Below, piece after piece: positions 47,877-60,303 of a stretch of 64,000 bases of DNA; position 1 is the stretch's first letter, and every line of letters starts with the position of its first letter. The notes beneath the pieces were generated by a model. That model had not been told where the DNA came from and did no database searches. It saw nothing but the letters and a program-made list of their open reading frames with translations. Origin of the DNA: Phyllosticta citribraziliensis (taxonomy: Eukaryota); assembly GCF_038025025.1 (NCBI RefSeq), contig NW_027117338.1, positions 2,542,001-2,606,000 on the forward strand. Reading direction: 5' to 3'. A program made the position numbers and the translations under genes.

Positions 47877-50030
47877 ATGGGCAACTCATTTTCCACAAAC
47901 ATTCCGTACGGCGGCCTTGATAACCTCCCAAGTCACAGGCCTGCCATCTTCTCTTCGAACGTCAGGACCGGACCGACATTTTACAGACCATACAAGGCAT
48001 TGGTAACATGTGTACCCGAACCATTCGTCGAGATCGAAGTCCAACCAACGCTCTTCTTGCAACCGTACCACGTCCTTACCAGCGTGGAGAAACCAACGGT
48101 TCTTTCCGTCGACGCGGACATATCGCTACAAATCACCAATGCCCCGACGAAGGTCGACTTGTTGGTAACTGGAAGCACAGTCTCAACAGGAACAGTAACG
48201 GCTACCATCACGACCTGCAGTCCGACAACCGTTTTCCAGGAAGACGATGGCTCAGCAGCTACGGCCACACCGGTCCCTGATCAGCCGCTCGACATTCCGG
48301 CCGTCAATGAAGATCTCGACTTCGCGCCTACCGTGACTGCAGATGATCAGATTTACACCATTGAGACCATCAACCCGACGGAAGCGGACCAGATCTTTAC
48401 GATTGAGACTATCAATCCAACAGAGGCCGACGAAATCTTTACTATCCAGACCATCAACCCTTCGGAGCCCCGCACAGCGACTTTGGCCACCGTTGTCCTG
48501 TCGACATTTACGCCCTTTGCCTTTATCCGGCCAGCTTTCACTGCTCTGGCAATGGCCGAGGCGTCTGAGACTATTTCAGTGCGGAGCAGCAGCAGCAGCG
48601 GCAGCAGCAGCATCATCAGCGTCGGGAACAGTGGCATAGTTCCCCCTTCACTGGTCCGCAGCTCTGTGCTGCCGACCTCCGCCTTGTCTGGCATCGTTTC
48701 TCAAGCCCCTGGCTCTCTCATCCGCAGTTCCGTTCCCGCAAGCTCCCTCGTCAACAGCGTCGTCTCGCAAGCTCCTGGCCCCATTCTCTCGTTGCCTCCT
48801 ACTTCGCTTTTGACGAGCTACGTCTCGCAGGCGCCGGGATCTCTTGTTCGCCCCTCGTTGCCGACCAGCTCTCTTCTGAGCAGCTTGGCTTCTCAAGTCT
48901 CCCAGGCCCCAGGTTCTTTCCGAAGCTCGTTGCAGACGAGCTCTCTCGTGAGCAGTTTGGTCTCTCAGGTTTCTCAAGCGCCGTCTTCCCTTCGCAACAC
49001 CTTGCCGGCTTCTCTCCCGAGCAGTGTAGTGTCCCAAGTCTCCCTGCCGCCGACATCACTTGTGAGCAGTTTGGCCTCGCGGGTTTCTGAAGTACCAGGC
49101 TCTGTCCGCAGGTCCTTGCCCCCGACATCGCTTGTAAGCAGTTTAGCCTCCCAGGTCTCTCAAATTCCTGGCTCTGTCCGCAGTTCATTGCCTCCAACGT
49201 CACTGTTAAGCAGTCTAGCCTCCCAGGTCTCTCAGCTGCCCAGCTCCATCCGTAGCTCTTTGCCCGCAAGTTCTCCCCTGAGCACCTTGGTTTCTCAGGC
49301 GTCCCAGGCACCAGGATCTATCCGCAGCTCACTTCCTCCTTCTTCAATCGTCAACAGCATCTTCTCCCAGGTTTCCCAACTACCGAGCACAGTCCGCACC
49401 TCTTTGCCCGCCACGTCACTGCTTCGCAGCAGTCTGCCCGCTTCTTCGCTCCTAAGCAGTGTCATCTCTCAGATACCAAGCACTCTTTTCCGGAGCACTT
49501 TGCCGCAACCTTCGCTACTGACAACCGTCGTTCCACCAGCACCGGCGTCTTCGTCGACAACATCGGCGAGAAGCAGCAGCAGTACCACACCGAGCAGCAG
49601 TAGTGCAAGCAGCAGCAGCAGCAGCAGCAGTGTCCGCAGCAGCGCGCCGCTCCCTCTCAGCAACCTCACCCCGGCCGGCAGTAGCATCACATCGGCAGGC
49701 AGTAGCCTCATCAGCGCCGCAACAGCCAGCCACAGCCTAAGCACGCTCAAGCGCATCCCGCGGCCCTTCCTGCGCCACTCCTGGGCCGCAGGCGAGCTGC
49801 TCGCGGGGCTTTCAACGCTCGACACGGCGTCTGGCTCGCTCCTCTCCTCGTCTGGCCGCCCCGTTGCTGCGTCGGCCCTGTCGCAGCCGAATGCGCAACT
49901 TGGCAGCGTTAGCAGCGGTAGCACGACCAGTCTCCCGACTATTAGGACGACGCTGACGCTGACGAATACGATTCCGATTGCGACGACCACGACGACGATT
50001 AGACCGGCGGCCGTGGCGGCGTATGAGTGA
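47877..50030 (+). CDS. Ser/Thr-rich tandem-repeat protein (mucin/adhesin-like)
   Basis: 717-aa open frame with an ITNAPT-containing segment, three TIETINPTEADxIF-type repeats and many ~20-24-aa SSLPPTSLVSSLASQVSQxPGSxR repeats. The true start may lie in an upstream exon. Confidence 0.7.
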   Translation: MGNSFSTNIPYGGLDNLPSHRPAIFSSNVRTGPTFYRPYKALVTCVPEPFVEIEVQPTLFLQPYHVLTSVEKPTVLSVDADISLQITNAPTKVDLLVTGSTVSTGTVTATITTCSPTTVFQEDDGSAATATPVPDQPLDIPAVNEDLDFAPTVTADDQIYTIETINPTEADQIFTIETINPTEADEIFTIQTINPSEPRTATLATVVLSTFTPFAFIRPAFTALAMAEASETISVRSSSSSGSSSIISVGNSGIVPPSLVRSSVLPTSALSGIVSQAPGSLIRSSVPASSLVNSVVSQAPGPILSLPPTSLLTSYVSQAPGSLVRPSLPTSSLLSSLASQVSQAPGSFRSSLQTSSLVSSLVSQVSQAPSSLRNTLPASLPSSVVSQVSLPPTSLVSSLASRVSEVPGSVRRSLPPTSLVSSLASQVSQIPGSVRSSLPPTSLLSSLASQVSQLPSSIRSSLPASSPLSTLVSQASQAPGSIRSSLPPSSIVNSIFSQVSQLPSTVRTSLPATSLLRSSLPASSLLSSVISQIPSTLFRSTLPQPSLLTTVVPPAPASSSTTSARSSSSTTPSSSSASSSSSSSSVRSSAPLPLSNLTPAGSSITSAGSSLISAATASHSLSTLKRIPRPFLRHSWAAGELLAGLSTLDTASGSLLSSSGRPVAASALSQPNAQLGSVSSGSTTSLPTIRTTLTLTNTIPIATTTTTIRPAAVAAYE

Positions 50031-50955
50031 TTGATTGGCCAGCGCGGGTGTCGAAGTTGGTTGCAAAAGCAGGATGAGGAGGGACATTGTAATAGCACCA
50101 TCGAATTTGTGATTCTGTCGAAGAGGTTTGAAGACTAGTCGAGTCGAGTCGAGTCGTTGCGGGTCGCGCGGAGTTTCGAGGCGCCCTGATCTTTTCATCT
50201 GCATGTACAGTAGTATATTCGCCTGCCATTGGTGTGGCTGAGACAGTTGTAGCCGCCCAATTTTTCCAATGCTGCCTTCATTCAGTCCGGCCAAATGAAA
50301 CTTTTGGGTGTGCACGCTTAGACGTCAGAGTTTCCACGTTCCCAAGTTCGTCTAGATTGTGTTCGACATGAACCAGCAGAAACGACTTATCCATCGAGAA
50401 TTCCCCCAATCAGATAGAAACTGAGGCCGCATAACCAACAACCTACCCATCCCTCCGGACCTCTCCCCGCAGCAGCAGCAGCAGCAGCAAGAATCGCATC
50501 GCCACGACGCCGACGCACCCAACCAACCATCGACCCACCCCACTCTTCTTCCCCTCGCGTAGCACTGATCAGCAAGCGACACGGGGGGGGCACGGACAAG
50601 GCCAGCAGCAGGGTCCGGAGAAAGGAGACGGTCTGTGGGGCGGGCGTGGGGTCCAAAAGGCTAAAAGAGGTGCATGTCTGTTGAGAGAAGAAGTCAATGG
50701 CCAAAGAAGGGCGGCGAAGAGAGGGACAAAAAAAAAAGAGGGTCAGGCCAGACGCTGTTGTATATATAAGGGGAATGGAGCGAAGGCGAAGGCCGCCTGC
50801 CCCTCTCCCACGTTCACGTTCTACGAAGGTGCAGATAAGATACAACAACACCGGCAGATTTACATCGACCTTCCTACCACGCCTCTACCGTACGCTACGC
50901 TTGACAGCCGGCCACAGAAGCCGTCTGTTGTCGCCATCGACGAAGGACAGAAGAT

Positions 50956-52014
50956 ATGGGATCCAACGAGCCGCCGCGCGACTACTGGGTGCATCAGTGG
51001 AAGTACACGCCAACGGTGCACCGCGACGTCTACCCAGCCATTGACCCGCGCACCAACCCGGCGCTCTCGCAGGCGGGCAAGATTGTCGTCGTGACGGGTG
51101 CCAGTTCGGGCATTGGGGCTGAGGTGAGTGAGTGAGTGAGCGAGTGAGTTGGGAGCAGCGGATGGGAGCAGTAGGAGAGGAAGAGGAAGGCCATTTGGCG
51201 TCTGTGGACCAACTTTTGAGTATGTACTGATGCCGTCCAGGGCCTCGCGCCAGCCTTTGCGCACTCGGGTGCCAGCGCCATCGTCCTCGCCGCGCGCCGC
51301 CTCGACAACCTGCGCGCCGTAGAATCGCGCCTCGCCGCCATCAACCCGTCCGTCAAGACGCTCAGCGTGGCAACCGACGTGACGGACGCCGAGTCGGTGG
51401 CGCGCCTCTTCCAGAGCGTGCGCGACGCCTTTGGGCGCTCCGCCGACGTGCTCGTGTCCAACGCGGGCGCCCTGCAGGGCCTGTCGAGCGTCCGCGACGC
51501 CGACCCGGCCGTCTGGCGGCGCGAGATCGACGTCAACCTGCACGGCCCGTTCCTGCTGGTCCGCGAGTTTCTGCGTGGCTTGCCTACTAACCCTCCTCAC
51601 AAGCCGACCTTCGTCGCCATCTCATCGTCGGCGAGCGTCGAGATCGTTCCCGGCCTGGGCAACTACTGCATCGCCAAGGGCGCCCTGAACCGCCTCGTCG
51701 AGTTCGTCGCGGCTGAGAACCCGCACGTCAGTGCTGTCGCCATGCATCCGGGCATCATCTCGACGGCCATGTCCATCAAGGAGTTTGAGCCGTTCGAGGG
51801 CGACTCGATGGAGCTGGTTGGCGGCATGACTGTGTGGTTGTCTGGCGAACATGCCCGCTGGCTTACCGGCAGGTACATTGGCGTCAATTGGGATGTTGAT
51901 GAGTTGGTGGCGAGCAAGGAGAAGGTGCTGGAGCGTGATGAGTTGAAAGTTGCGCTCAAGGGCAGCTTTGGCGAGCAGGTGGGAACTTTGGACACCAAGG
52001 CGTACAAGGTGTAA
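50956..52014 (+). CDS. Short-chain dehydrogenase/reductase
   Basis: VHRDVYPAIDP..AGKIVVVTGASSGIG|, intron 51124-51240, VSNAG, catalytic YCIAK, HPG, WLTGRY. TATA box at 50761. Confidence 0.9.
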
Positions 52015-53673
52015 CCTCATTGATTTGATGGTGTATAAGCTGTTGGATTCAACTCGTTTTTCTTCCGCTCTTCGTGGCTGTTGGCCAATGGAGATTTCTG
52101 TAGATTCTAGACTTGTGGTTAGAGAGAGAAAGAATTCCTTTGGCACAGTGGCAACAGCTCTGCTACCAAGAGCCTTCGAGGCAAACACTTCCAAAATTGC
52201 GGATATGGCGGATGCTCGTCGTCGTCAATCACAAGCCGTCCTCGACCTCTTGGATGGAGAGAACCACACCACATTCACGAGATGTCCCCAAATGCCTCAT
52301 CGCCCGTGGTTCGAGGCTCCGGAGGTAGCTCCTGCTATCCTGCTAGCGCGCTCGAGTAGGTCCAGATACAGATGATCGAGATCCAATGTCGGCCGAAGAG
52401 GATGAGGCGGACTTGCCACGACAATCTTCGCCCCCGGGATTCTGAGAGTTGCATCCGAGAGCACAAAATTCAGCCATTGAGACAATAAGAAAGAAAAAGT
52501 CAAACACGCAATCGTAGAGGTGGTGGAACAATGATCACACAAATATCGAGGCACCACGTTTATATTAAGGGTCACGCCTCGGCCCGCAGATCCACGAGCT
52601 GGCAGCTGGTGCGGTGCGGTAAGTGTAGGGTGGAATCGACCCTTGACGTAGCCGTTGGAACAATCCGGGACCGTATACGTCGAGGCCAGCGGTCACTGCT
52701 CCAATCAAGGACGAGTGGGGCATGGCGGGAGGGAGCAACGGTTTGTCTTGAAACCACCGGGCCGTGCAAAGGGTGATTTTAGCGCTGGAATGGGAATTTG
52801 GACATGCGGGATTTCGTAAAGTCGATTTTTTTCTTTTTCTCCCCCTGCGGATGGCCGGGAGGTGGTTCCTAACATCTTTTGTGACCGAGACATCCCGGTC
52901 GTTATAGGATTGGGTCAGGTCGAAAGCGTTCAATGGTCCAGCATGGACGAGGCCGTAGTCGGCTTGTGGTCGCGCACCACAACGTGGGAGTATACATCCA
53001 GAGCAGCGCTGGTGAGCCTCTTTCTCATCCAGTGTTGGTCCTTGACGGACCAAACTCGAGTCAATGCGTTGTTTGGCGTAGCGGGGTCGATGGAGAAACG
53101 CTGGAGCAGAGGCCACCAAACGGTGAAGCATTTCGTCTCTGCCACAGCTGAAGGTCCAGGGACAGTCAGCGGTTCGGCAAGCCACGCGAATTTCTTGGTA
53201 GAGGCCCCCGCGTCGACCATGCGCTTAGCGGGCGTGGGCCGTTTTGACAGCGTCAGAATGCATGCGCTTGCCGCTGAGGGTCGCACCATGCGTTTTCCGT
53301 GGCGACCATGGTACCTGCAGGTGTGGAGAGGCCAAAGGGTAGCGCGTTGCGGGCATGAACTGATGTTGACCTTCTAGCGGGGCGCCACCAGACGGCTGGA
53401 CTGTGGAGGAACGCATTGGGGGTGATGGCGCGCGATGGCGAGGCAAGAGGGTCTTTCAGCTGAGCTGGATGCTGACTACGGTACTAGAGCGCGTTTATGC
53501 GTGGTGTCTATTTCTGGAATGACAGGGTCCGTCTTTGAGGTGAGCTGTGAGCGCATTGGTTTCCCAAGTGTCAGCGGAGGAGCATGTCATGCTGGAGGAG
53601 TGGCGAGGCTGGCAGCAGCCTAGAGGGAACGAAACCTGAGCCGAAGTGGTGATGAATGCTTGTCGAGGCTTGG

Positions 53674-53705
53674 TTGGACTTGGTTGGACTTGGACTTGGA
53701 CTTGG
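53674..53705 (+). repeat. TTGGAC short tandem repeat
   Basis: About 4-5 imperfect TTGGAC units. Confidence 0.6.
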
Positions 53706-54015
53706 GCTAGGTCATTGACAGAAACGACGGGACGTGTGAGGCAGACGGGAGAGGATCTGCCGGCCCGCCTCCTCCTGGGTGGGCTTCCGCTTAGGTACCG
53801 CGCACCTGGCTGCCACCCGGACCCGGACCTCCAGAGCCATGGTGCCGGCTAAAGCTCGGCCATAATTTTCCTGTCTGCCCTGTCCGCTCCAGCTTCTTCC
53901 AACGTATTTGTCTACTACACCACCAATTCGCCTGTGAAAACACCACTGACGTCCGCTATCACCGTCTTCCCGAAGCCCTGCGCCAATCATCCAACTCGCC
54001 ACTCAAGTCCGCACA

Positions 54016-54871
54016 ATGGCTGCCGCGCTGCCCCAGCTCCACGAGGACGAGATCGACGAGCTGTTGTATCTGGCACGCGCCAATGAGACCGACGACCTGC
54101 CCGTCTACCTGGCCGAGGTGCAGAAGCTGCCGCAGTACGAGGGCGCATCTGCCGCAGACATTCTGTGCGCCGCCGTCGACGCCCACTCGGGGAATAGCGT
54201 GTTGCATTACGCGGCGGCCAACGGTCACAGCGGTACGTCTTGCCTGCCACCCGCCTGCCTGCATATCGGATTTCCACTCTGAATGTTTGACCACGTCCAT
54301 CTCCATTTCCGATCCCACATGGCATGCAAGCAAGCAAGCAAGCAAGCCAAGCCAAGCCCCGCCAATGGCTTGACTGCTACGCCCGCTGAAACATCGGAGC
54401 TGACACCGCACAGCTGTGATAGACGTCATCAAGAAGATCCTCACCTCTGCCTCGGCCGCCTCGCCAGACGCTTACAAGCCGTTTGTGAACCTTCGGAATT
54501 CTTCAGGCAACACTGCGCTCCACTGGGCCGCCCTGAATGGCCACTTGGATGCCGTGAGACTGCTCGTGTCGCTTGGCGCTGACGCTGCCGTGCTCAATGC
54601 CGCCGGCCACGATGCCGTCTACGAGGCCGAGCAGAATGACAAGAACGACGTGGTGAGCTGGCTGCTTGTCGAAGGCGGTGCTCTAGATACCGTAGTGGGG
54701 GCATTGAAGGACCAAGAGGCTGCAGAAGGCGCCAAGGAAGAGGACGGTGACGAGGTGGAGATGAAGATGACCATGGGCGACACTTCCGAGGGTGGCGAAA
54801 CTGGGGTTGAAAAGGGAGTCGAGAGCTTGAAGGTGGACGACTCTGCCAAGGGCCAGGAGAGGGCGAGTTGA
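54016..54871 (+). CDS. YAR1: Ankyrin-repeat protein Yar1-like
   Basis: EDEIDELLYLARANE, GNSVLHYAAANGH|, VNLRNSSGNTALHWAALNGHLDAVRLL, NAAGHDAVYEAE and an acidic tail. One intron from 54233 to about 54422. Confidence 0.82.
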
Positions 54872-55489
54872 TTGAGTCCTTTCTTGTGCGCAAAATTATG
54901 CAAGACCGGGACTTTTCAAAGCATTGCGGAACCTGGCATCAGGCAGCAAACGCATCAAGACGAGCCGTTGCCACTCGACAGCAACCATTGCGGTGGAGCC
55001 ATCCAATTGCTCAAACCTGGGCTTGGACGCTGCGGGAAGGACATGCATGGCTGCGGGACGCCACATCGAGAGGCCACGCTTGGCAAATATACCAACTGCA
55101 AGGGGAATCTATTATTGCCAAGGGCAGATAATTTACAAGACTTGGACATGGCGGGTCGCTGGATCGGAGCAAAGCAGTAACCAATTGATCAATCCACCCT
55201 GCGGCGTGGATCGGGATATGTAGAGGTAGAAGAAGAAAGGAAGCATTCCCAAAAGACCCCAAAACAACCGGCGGCGGGATTGAACAAGAGCAAGACATTG
55301 GCGGAAAATCGATTTTGCAGGCTCATGGGCATTGAACCTGTGCTTACCAAGTGGTTGGTTATCAATTGGCCCATGGGCCGGGAATACCAGGGAACGTCTA
55401 TGGGCTTGCAGTCAGTCACGAAGAAAATGTCACAGGCGGCCATGCACAATCAAGCTTATCAGCGACTTACGTTGCCACCCCCAGGCACT

Positions 55490-56440
55490 CTAATCCCGGA
55501 GCCAGGCTCTTCTCTTCTCTTCTTTCTTTTTTGCCGCCTTTTCCTTGAAGGCCTTGAGTTCTTTTTTGGAGAGCCGCTTATTCTGGCGCTCGGCCTTTAG
55601 ACTCATGCCGTTATGACTGTTGGCGGCGGCGTCAACGTCAAAGTAGGCATTGAGCTGGCGTTTGCTCTTGTTTTCATCATTGTGCCGGTCCGGTCCCAGA
55701 TCGCCGGCTTGGAAGCGGCCGGTAAAGCGGTTGAAGGCAGCGCTTTGCGCATAGGCGCCAGAGGTGTCGCCACTCAAGGCAGCGGCATGAGCGGCAGCAG
55801 CGGCGTCCGGGTCGAGCGTGTTTTCGTCATTGTGTTCATACTCACGTGCATAGTCGGCGTTGGGGTCGTAGTCGCCGTGGATGGCGGGATTGTAGCCCGA
55901 GATCTTTTTGCGCGGAGGAGATGGCAGGGCACTGCTGGATGCGCCGTAGCTCGTGGTTCCGGGCGGTGGAGGAGGAGCGGCAGCTGAAGGTGCACCGGCC
56001 GAAGAGCTGGCGGCCGGGACTCGAGGGTTTTCCCACTGCGTCACACCGGTGTATCGGTTATGAAAGTAGTATGCGGCAACGTTTTGGTCCCAGTGAGCAT
56101 CCCAGCCGTCATCTTCTGGGGCGGGAGATTCTTCGTTTGGCAGTGGCGGGGGCACTTCGTCAGCGGGGAGCGGAGGCGTAGCGGTGTTGGTGGGCGTTTC
56201 GGAAGAGTCGACATGGGGAGTGCGCTTGCGCTTCTTGGAGACCGAGGTTTGGTCGAGGCTGGCGTCGGTCGACAGTTCGCCATCTGATTGGACATGTTGG
56301 CAGTCGTCTTTGTGGGAGGCAGAAGCGGGCGCGTCGGAAGTGTCGCGGTCAGGACTGACAGAGTCTGCGGGAGGCTCTGGTCGTGCAGGCGGAGAGGTAG
56401 CAGCTACGTCAGCAGGGGCAGGGGAAGCCATTGTGGCCAT
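55490..56440 (-). CDS. WW-domain protein
   Basis: DDGWDAHWDQNVAAYYFHNRYTGVTQWENP, GYNPAIHGDYDPNADYA, FNRFTGRFQ and a Lys-rich C-terminus KKKEEKRRAWLRD. Confidence 0.85.
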   Translation of the reverse strand: MATMASPAPADVAATSPPARPEPPADSVSPDRDTSDAPASASHKDDCQHVQSDGELSTDASLDQTSVSKKRKRTPHVDSSETPTNTATPPLPADEVPPPLPNEESPAPEDDGWDAHWDQNVAAYYFHNRYTGVTQWENPRVPAASSSAGAPSAAAPPPPPGTTSYGASSSALPSPPRKKISGYNPAIHGDYDPNADYAREYEHNDENTLDPDAAAAAHAAALSGDTSGAYAQSAAFNRFTGRFQAGDLGPDRHNDENKSKRQLNAYFDVDAAANSHNGMSLKAERQNKRLSKKELKAFKEKAAKKKEEKRRAWLRD

Positions 56441-57520
56441 GCGAGCAGGCAGATAGCAATGACGGGCGAGGATGGCGACGCGGCAGCGGAGAGCAGTAGA
56501 GGGCGGGTTGGAAGAGAGAGGGAGACGTCTCGGTCTGGTCGCGGTCGCTCTCCACTGGACGACAATTGCGACCCAAGCACGGACCACCGGTCGCCTCTCA
56601 CACCTCCCGTCCCTCCGAGATGGACGTCACGTGAGAGACTTCTCTCCAGCTCCGCCGCGGTCTATGATGCAAGAGAGATAGGTACAGTACTGTACATGGA
56701 ATGGCTGGTCCATGACACAGCGTCTCGAGCTAGAGCAGAGATCACCGGGCCTGAAGCTCGCGCGGCTGCGGATGCGGATCGCGCGCCGTGGTGCGGTCCG
56801 TGTTTGGCGAGCGGATTGGGGAGAGGGGAGAGAGGCCTCGCCGGCACTTTTGCACCGTCCAGTCGCAAGAAAGGGTGCGGTGGCTGTCTGACCGCATCAG
56901 GGTCATTGTTGTAGCGCACGCTCGTGATTGTGGTGCCGTGGTGCTTGTGCTCGACGTGTGCTGTGCCGCCCGGCACTTGCTGCCTCTAGACTACTACACA
57001 CACTACACGTCCACTACCACCAACACTCCCACCACTGCGACTACGCCCTCCACCATCAAGCAGCTAAAAGGCCTGCCTGCCACCCTCACCTCAACCAGTC
57101 CCTCGTCACCCTCCCTCTTTTTTTCCCCTTCACTCTCTCCTTTCCTCTCTTCTCTTCTACATATTCTTACCCCTTCTGCCAATTCTTTTCCGTTCCCCGC
57201 CCGTCGCTCTCCTCTCCTCTCCCATCCCTCCCCCGCCGCCGCCGCCATCCACGTCGCCCGGGCCAGCCAGCAGTCGTGGCTGTTTTGGCTCAGACAGCAG
57301 GCTACCGCGGAATCTCTCCGATTGTCCCCCTGTGCCTTTATTCAGGCCTATTCGGAGCACCGGGCCCTCGACTAGCATCCCCGGCTTTGCACGGCTCGAC
57401 CGTCTGAGCTTGGCCTACCGCCCCGGTACTCGCTCGGGACTGCAAATATAATTAGGCCCAGACCTCCCGACTCCACACCTTGGTTCCCGGATCCGTCTGT
57501 CCAGCTAATCGCCCATCGCC

Positions 57521-60303
57521 ATGGACTGCGCTCCCGACCTGCTGCGCTCTGCTCCTCTGCTGCTTGGTGTTTCGCCTGCGTCCTCTCGCTTCCAGCTCCC
57601 AGATTCTTCCGCCCCTCATGACGTCTCTCCCGCGCATCGTTCGACCGACCACCATCCAGACACCGACTCCCCTTCGAGCCGCGGCTCCTTGTCCACTGCC
57701 GAAAATGTCCAGCTTCCAAGCTTGCGCGAGCTGGTGAGCCCCATGCTCTTCTCGAGGCGCCATTCCGACCAACTTCCCGCTGCGCCTGCCCGCTTGTCAG
57801 GTCTCCCCGCACTCCACGCTTCGCCCGGCGAGCGTTCAATCAACCACCAACCTCTGCACCTCGCCCGTGATGACCACCGCGCCTATGTTCCCGCCTCGCA
57901 TCCCTTTCCTCTCTTTTCAGCTCCCGCCTCGATAACGCATGCCCCCGCGCCTCCCCCTGCTCCTTCCCACCACCAACCGTTCCGTGAGCCAATCTACGGC
58001 CCGAACAGACGGACTTCTGTATCCTCTGGTGCCAGCGCCCCTTCTGAGCATACCTCATCGGTCGATGACCATGGTGAGGCACCTCCAACTCGGGTCAAGA
58101 GGCGGATTGGCGAAGCTTCGCGTGGTGCTGCTCGAGCTGCTCGTTGCGTGGGCCAACAGGAGATTCCGGGCGAGGGCATGTGCTTTGTCTACGAGGATGG
58201 CTCGTATTGCCGGACCATGATTGACGGCGAAGCCGTCAATCCATCTTGGGGTATTACCAAAGCTGGAAAGCCGAGAAAACGATTGGCTCAGGCATGTTTG
58301 ACCTGCCGGGAGAAGAAGATCAAGTGTGAACCCGGTGTTCCCAAGTGCGCCCAGTGCACAAGGGCACGACGTACTTGCCGAGGGTGAGTCCCTACATGTA
58401 CATGTTAGCCCAATTCACTGACCAAAGGCAGCGGTGTCAGCACCCAAATTCCAAGCGCCGAAAGCGTCAAGGCCAGCCTTCTCGAAACCTTAGTCCCAGG
58501 AAAGCAAGGCTCTGGTCACCATCACGGATTTTACCCATCGCCACATCACCACACGCGGTACGCAGCAGCGAACGCTAGCTCCACCGTTATGGCATCTTCC
58601 GCCGAACCCTCAGTCAACTCGGAAGACGTCGCGACCGAGACTTCTGAACCCCCGCGAAAGCGTCGCTTCCGTAGTTCGTCGACCGAGGCGCGAGAGTCCA
58701 TGCCCTCACCCGCCGAGATGCACTCTGAAAGCTCCGACGCCCTTTCTCCGACGCTCACCCCGGGCATGGACATTGACCCATACGAAGCCGATCCTGCATT
58801 TACTGAGAAGCTGTTGAATCTTTTCTTCGACTTTGTTAATTCGTCAACTTATGCAGTCTTCCCAAGGGGTCCATTCATGAAGTGGGTGAAGAGCAAAAGA
58901 CCAAAGTCACAAGACGACAGGATGTTGTTGTACTCGGCCATGGCTCTGGGAAACGTCTTCTCCACCGATCCTGATTGGCGTTTTATCGAAAAGCAACTTC
59001 TCGACATTGTTCACGATGCGTTGCAGAGACGTGTTGGCAAGTTTACCCTTCAAATGTGCCAGAGCAGGATGTTCGTGGGACTGGTTCACTTTGCCCGCGG
59101 CCGCCACCTAGACTCCTGGGATTGGTGTGGTTCCTTCCTGCGGGCTCTCAGTGCCCTCAAACTGAATCTCGAGGAATCCATTACTCAGCACGACGAAGAG
59201 CCCGAATACGACTTTGACGAGAAGGTGATTGAAGAGTGTCGGCGTCGGACTTTCTGGTCAGGGTTCTTGGTGGACGTAAGTTTAATTCCCGAAAATGCTG
59301 TCACGCCGACTTATTCCGACTTTAGCGATATAACGGCTTCTCCGGAGGTACACTCTTCTTCGTCGACGCTGCCGATACGATCCTCCGTCTTCCAAGCACA
59401 AAGAAAGCGTACGACGCCGGCTTGTCTCTGGACACTCCACTTTTCGAGGCTGGCATTGTCGAAAACGACAGCCTGAACTGGAATAATGTTAGTCCAATGG
59501 GTTACCACGTCCTCATCTCGGCCATTTGGGGCGATGTCTGGATAGTCACCACCCGTTCTGCCCGCAGGACGCTAAACTCGAGTCTTGACGAGTACGTTGA
59601 ATTCTACGACAAGACAAAGAGGCGTCTGGACGAGTGGCATTCTCGTCTACCCAGCGACCTCCTCTACAGTGAATCGAACCTCGACAAGGCCATTCACAAC
59701 GGAAGCGTCGGCACTTTGGTCGGGATGCATGCCCTTTACAATGCCACAATTATGCGGCTCAATCGCTACTTGCGACATGCGTCGCTCCCGTCGCACATTG
59801 TCTTGCGCAACATCCAGCGAGCCAACGTCGCCGCCCGCCAACTCCTCGTCTCTGTTATGGGCCCATTGACCAAACACGTTCGCAACGCTCGCATGGGTGC
59901 AAACAATCAGTTTGCCTTCTGCACGCCCTTCCCCGGATACGCAGTCCTGCTTGCGACAGACATCATCTCAGCCGGTGGTCCAGCCTGCGAGCTTCCAAAT
60001 ACGATCAAAGCCGTCGACAAAGGCCTTAGCATCGTAGAAGAGATTGCCCAGTTCTGGAATTCGGCCAAAGCACAGCAAAAGGGTGTGCAGACCCGGATGC
60101 GGCTTCTGGTTGACACGGCTACTGGCGAGGGTGGCCGTCTCAAGAAATTGAACGGTTCCGAGTGCTGGCGCATTGAGAAGCCGCTCGACAACATGTTCGC
60201 TGGCAAAGACGATGCCATCTACGGCGCCGACGACGACACCTTTTTCACCGCCCTCAGGGCTGCCGAGCCTAAGAGGCAAGACATTGGCATGGTTCTGTCA
60301 TGA
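57521..60303 (+). CDS. Zn(II)2Cys6 transcription factor with a fungal-specific TF middle domain
   Basis: ACLTCREKKIKCEPGVPKCAQCTRARRTC. Introns 58384-58431 and 59276-59325 keep the frame. EECRRRTFWS motif. Confidence 0.92.

Noticed and set aside
13815..60303. Secondary-metabolite or other dedicated gene cluster
   Set aside because: No PKS, NRPS or terpene backbone gene is present, and the enzymes are interspersed with unrelated housekeeping genes.
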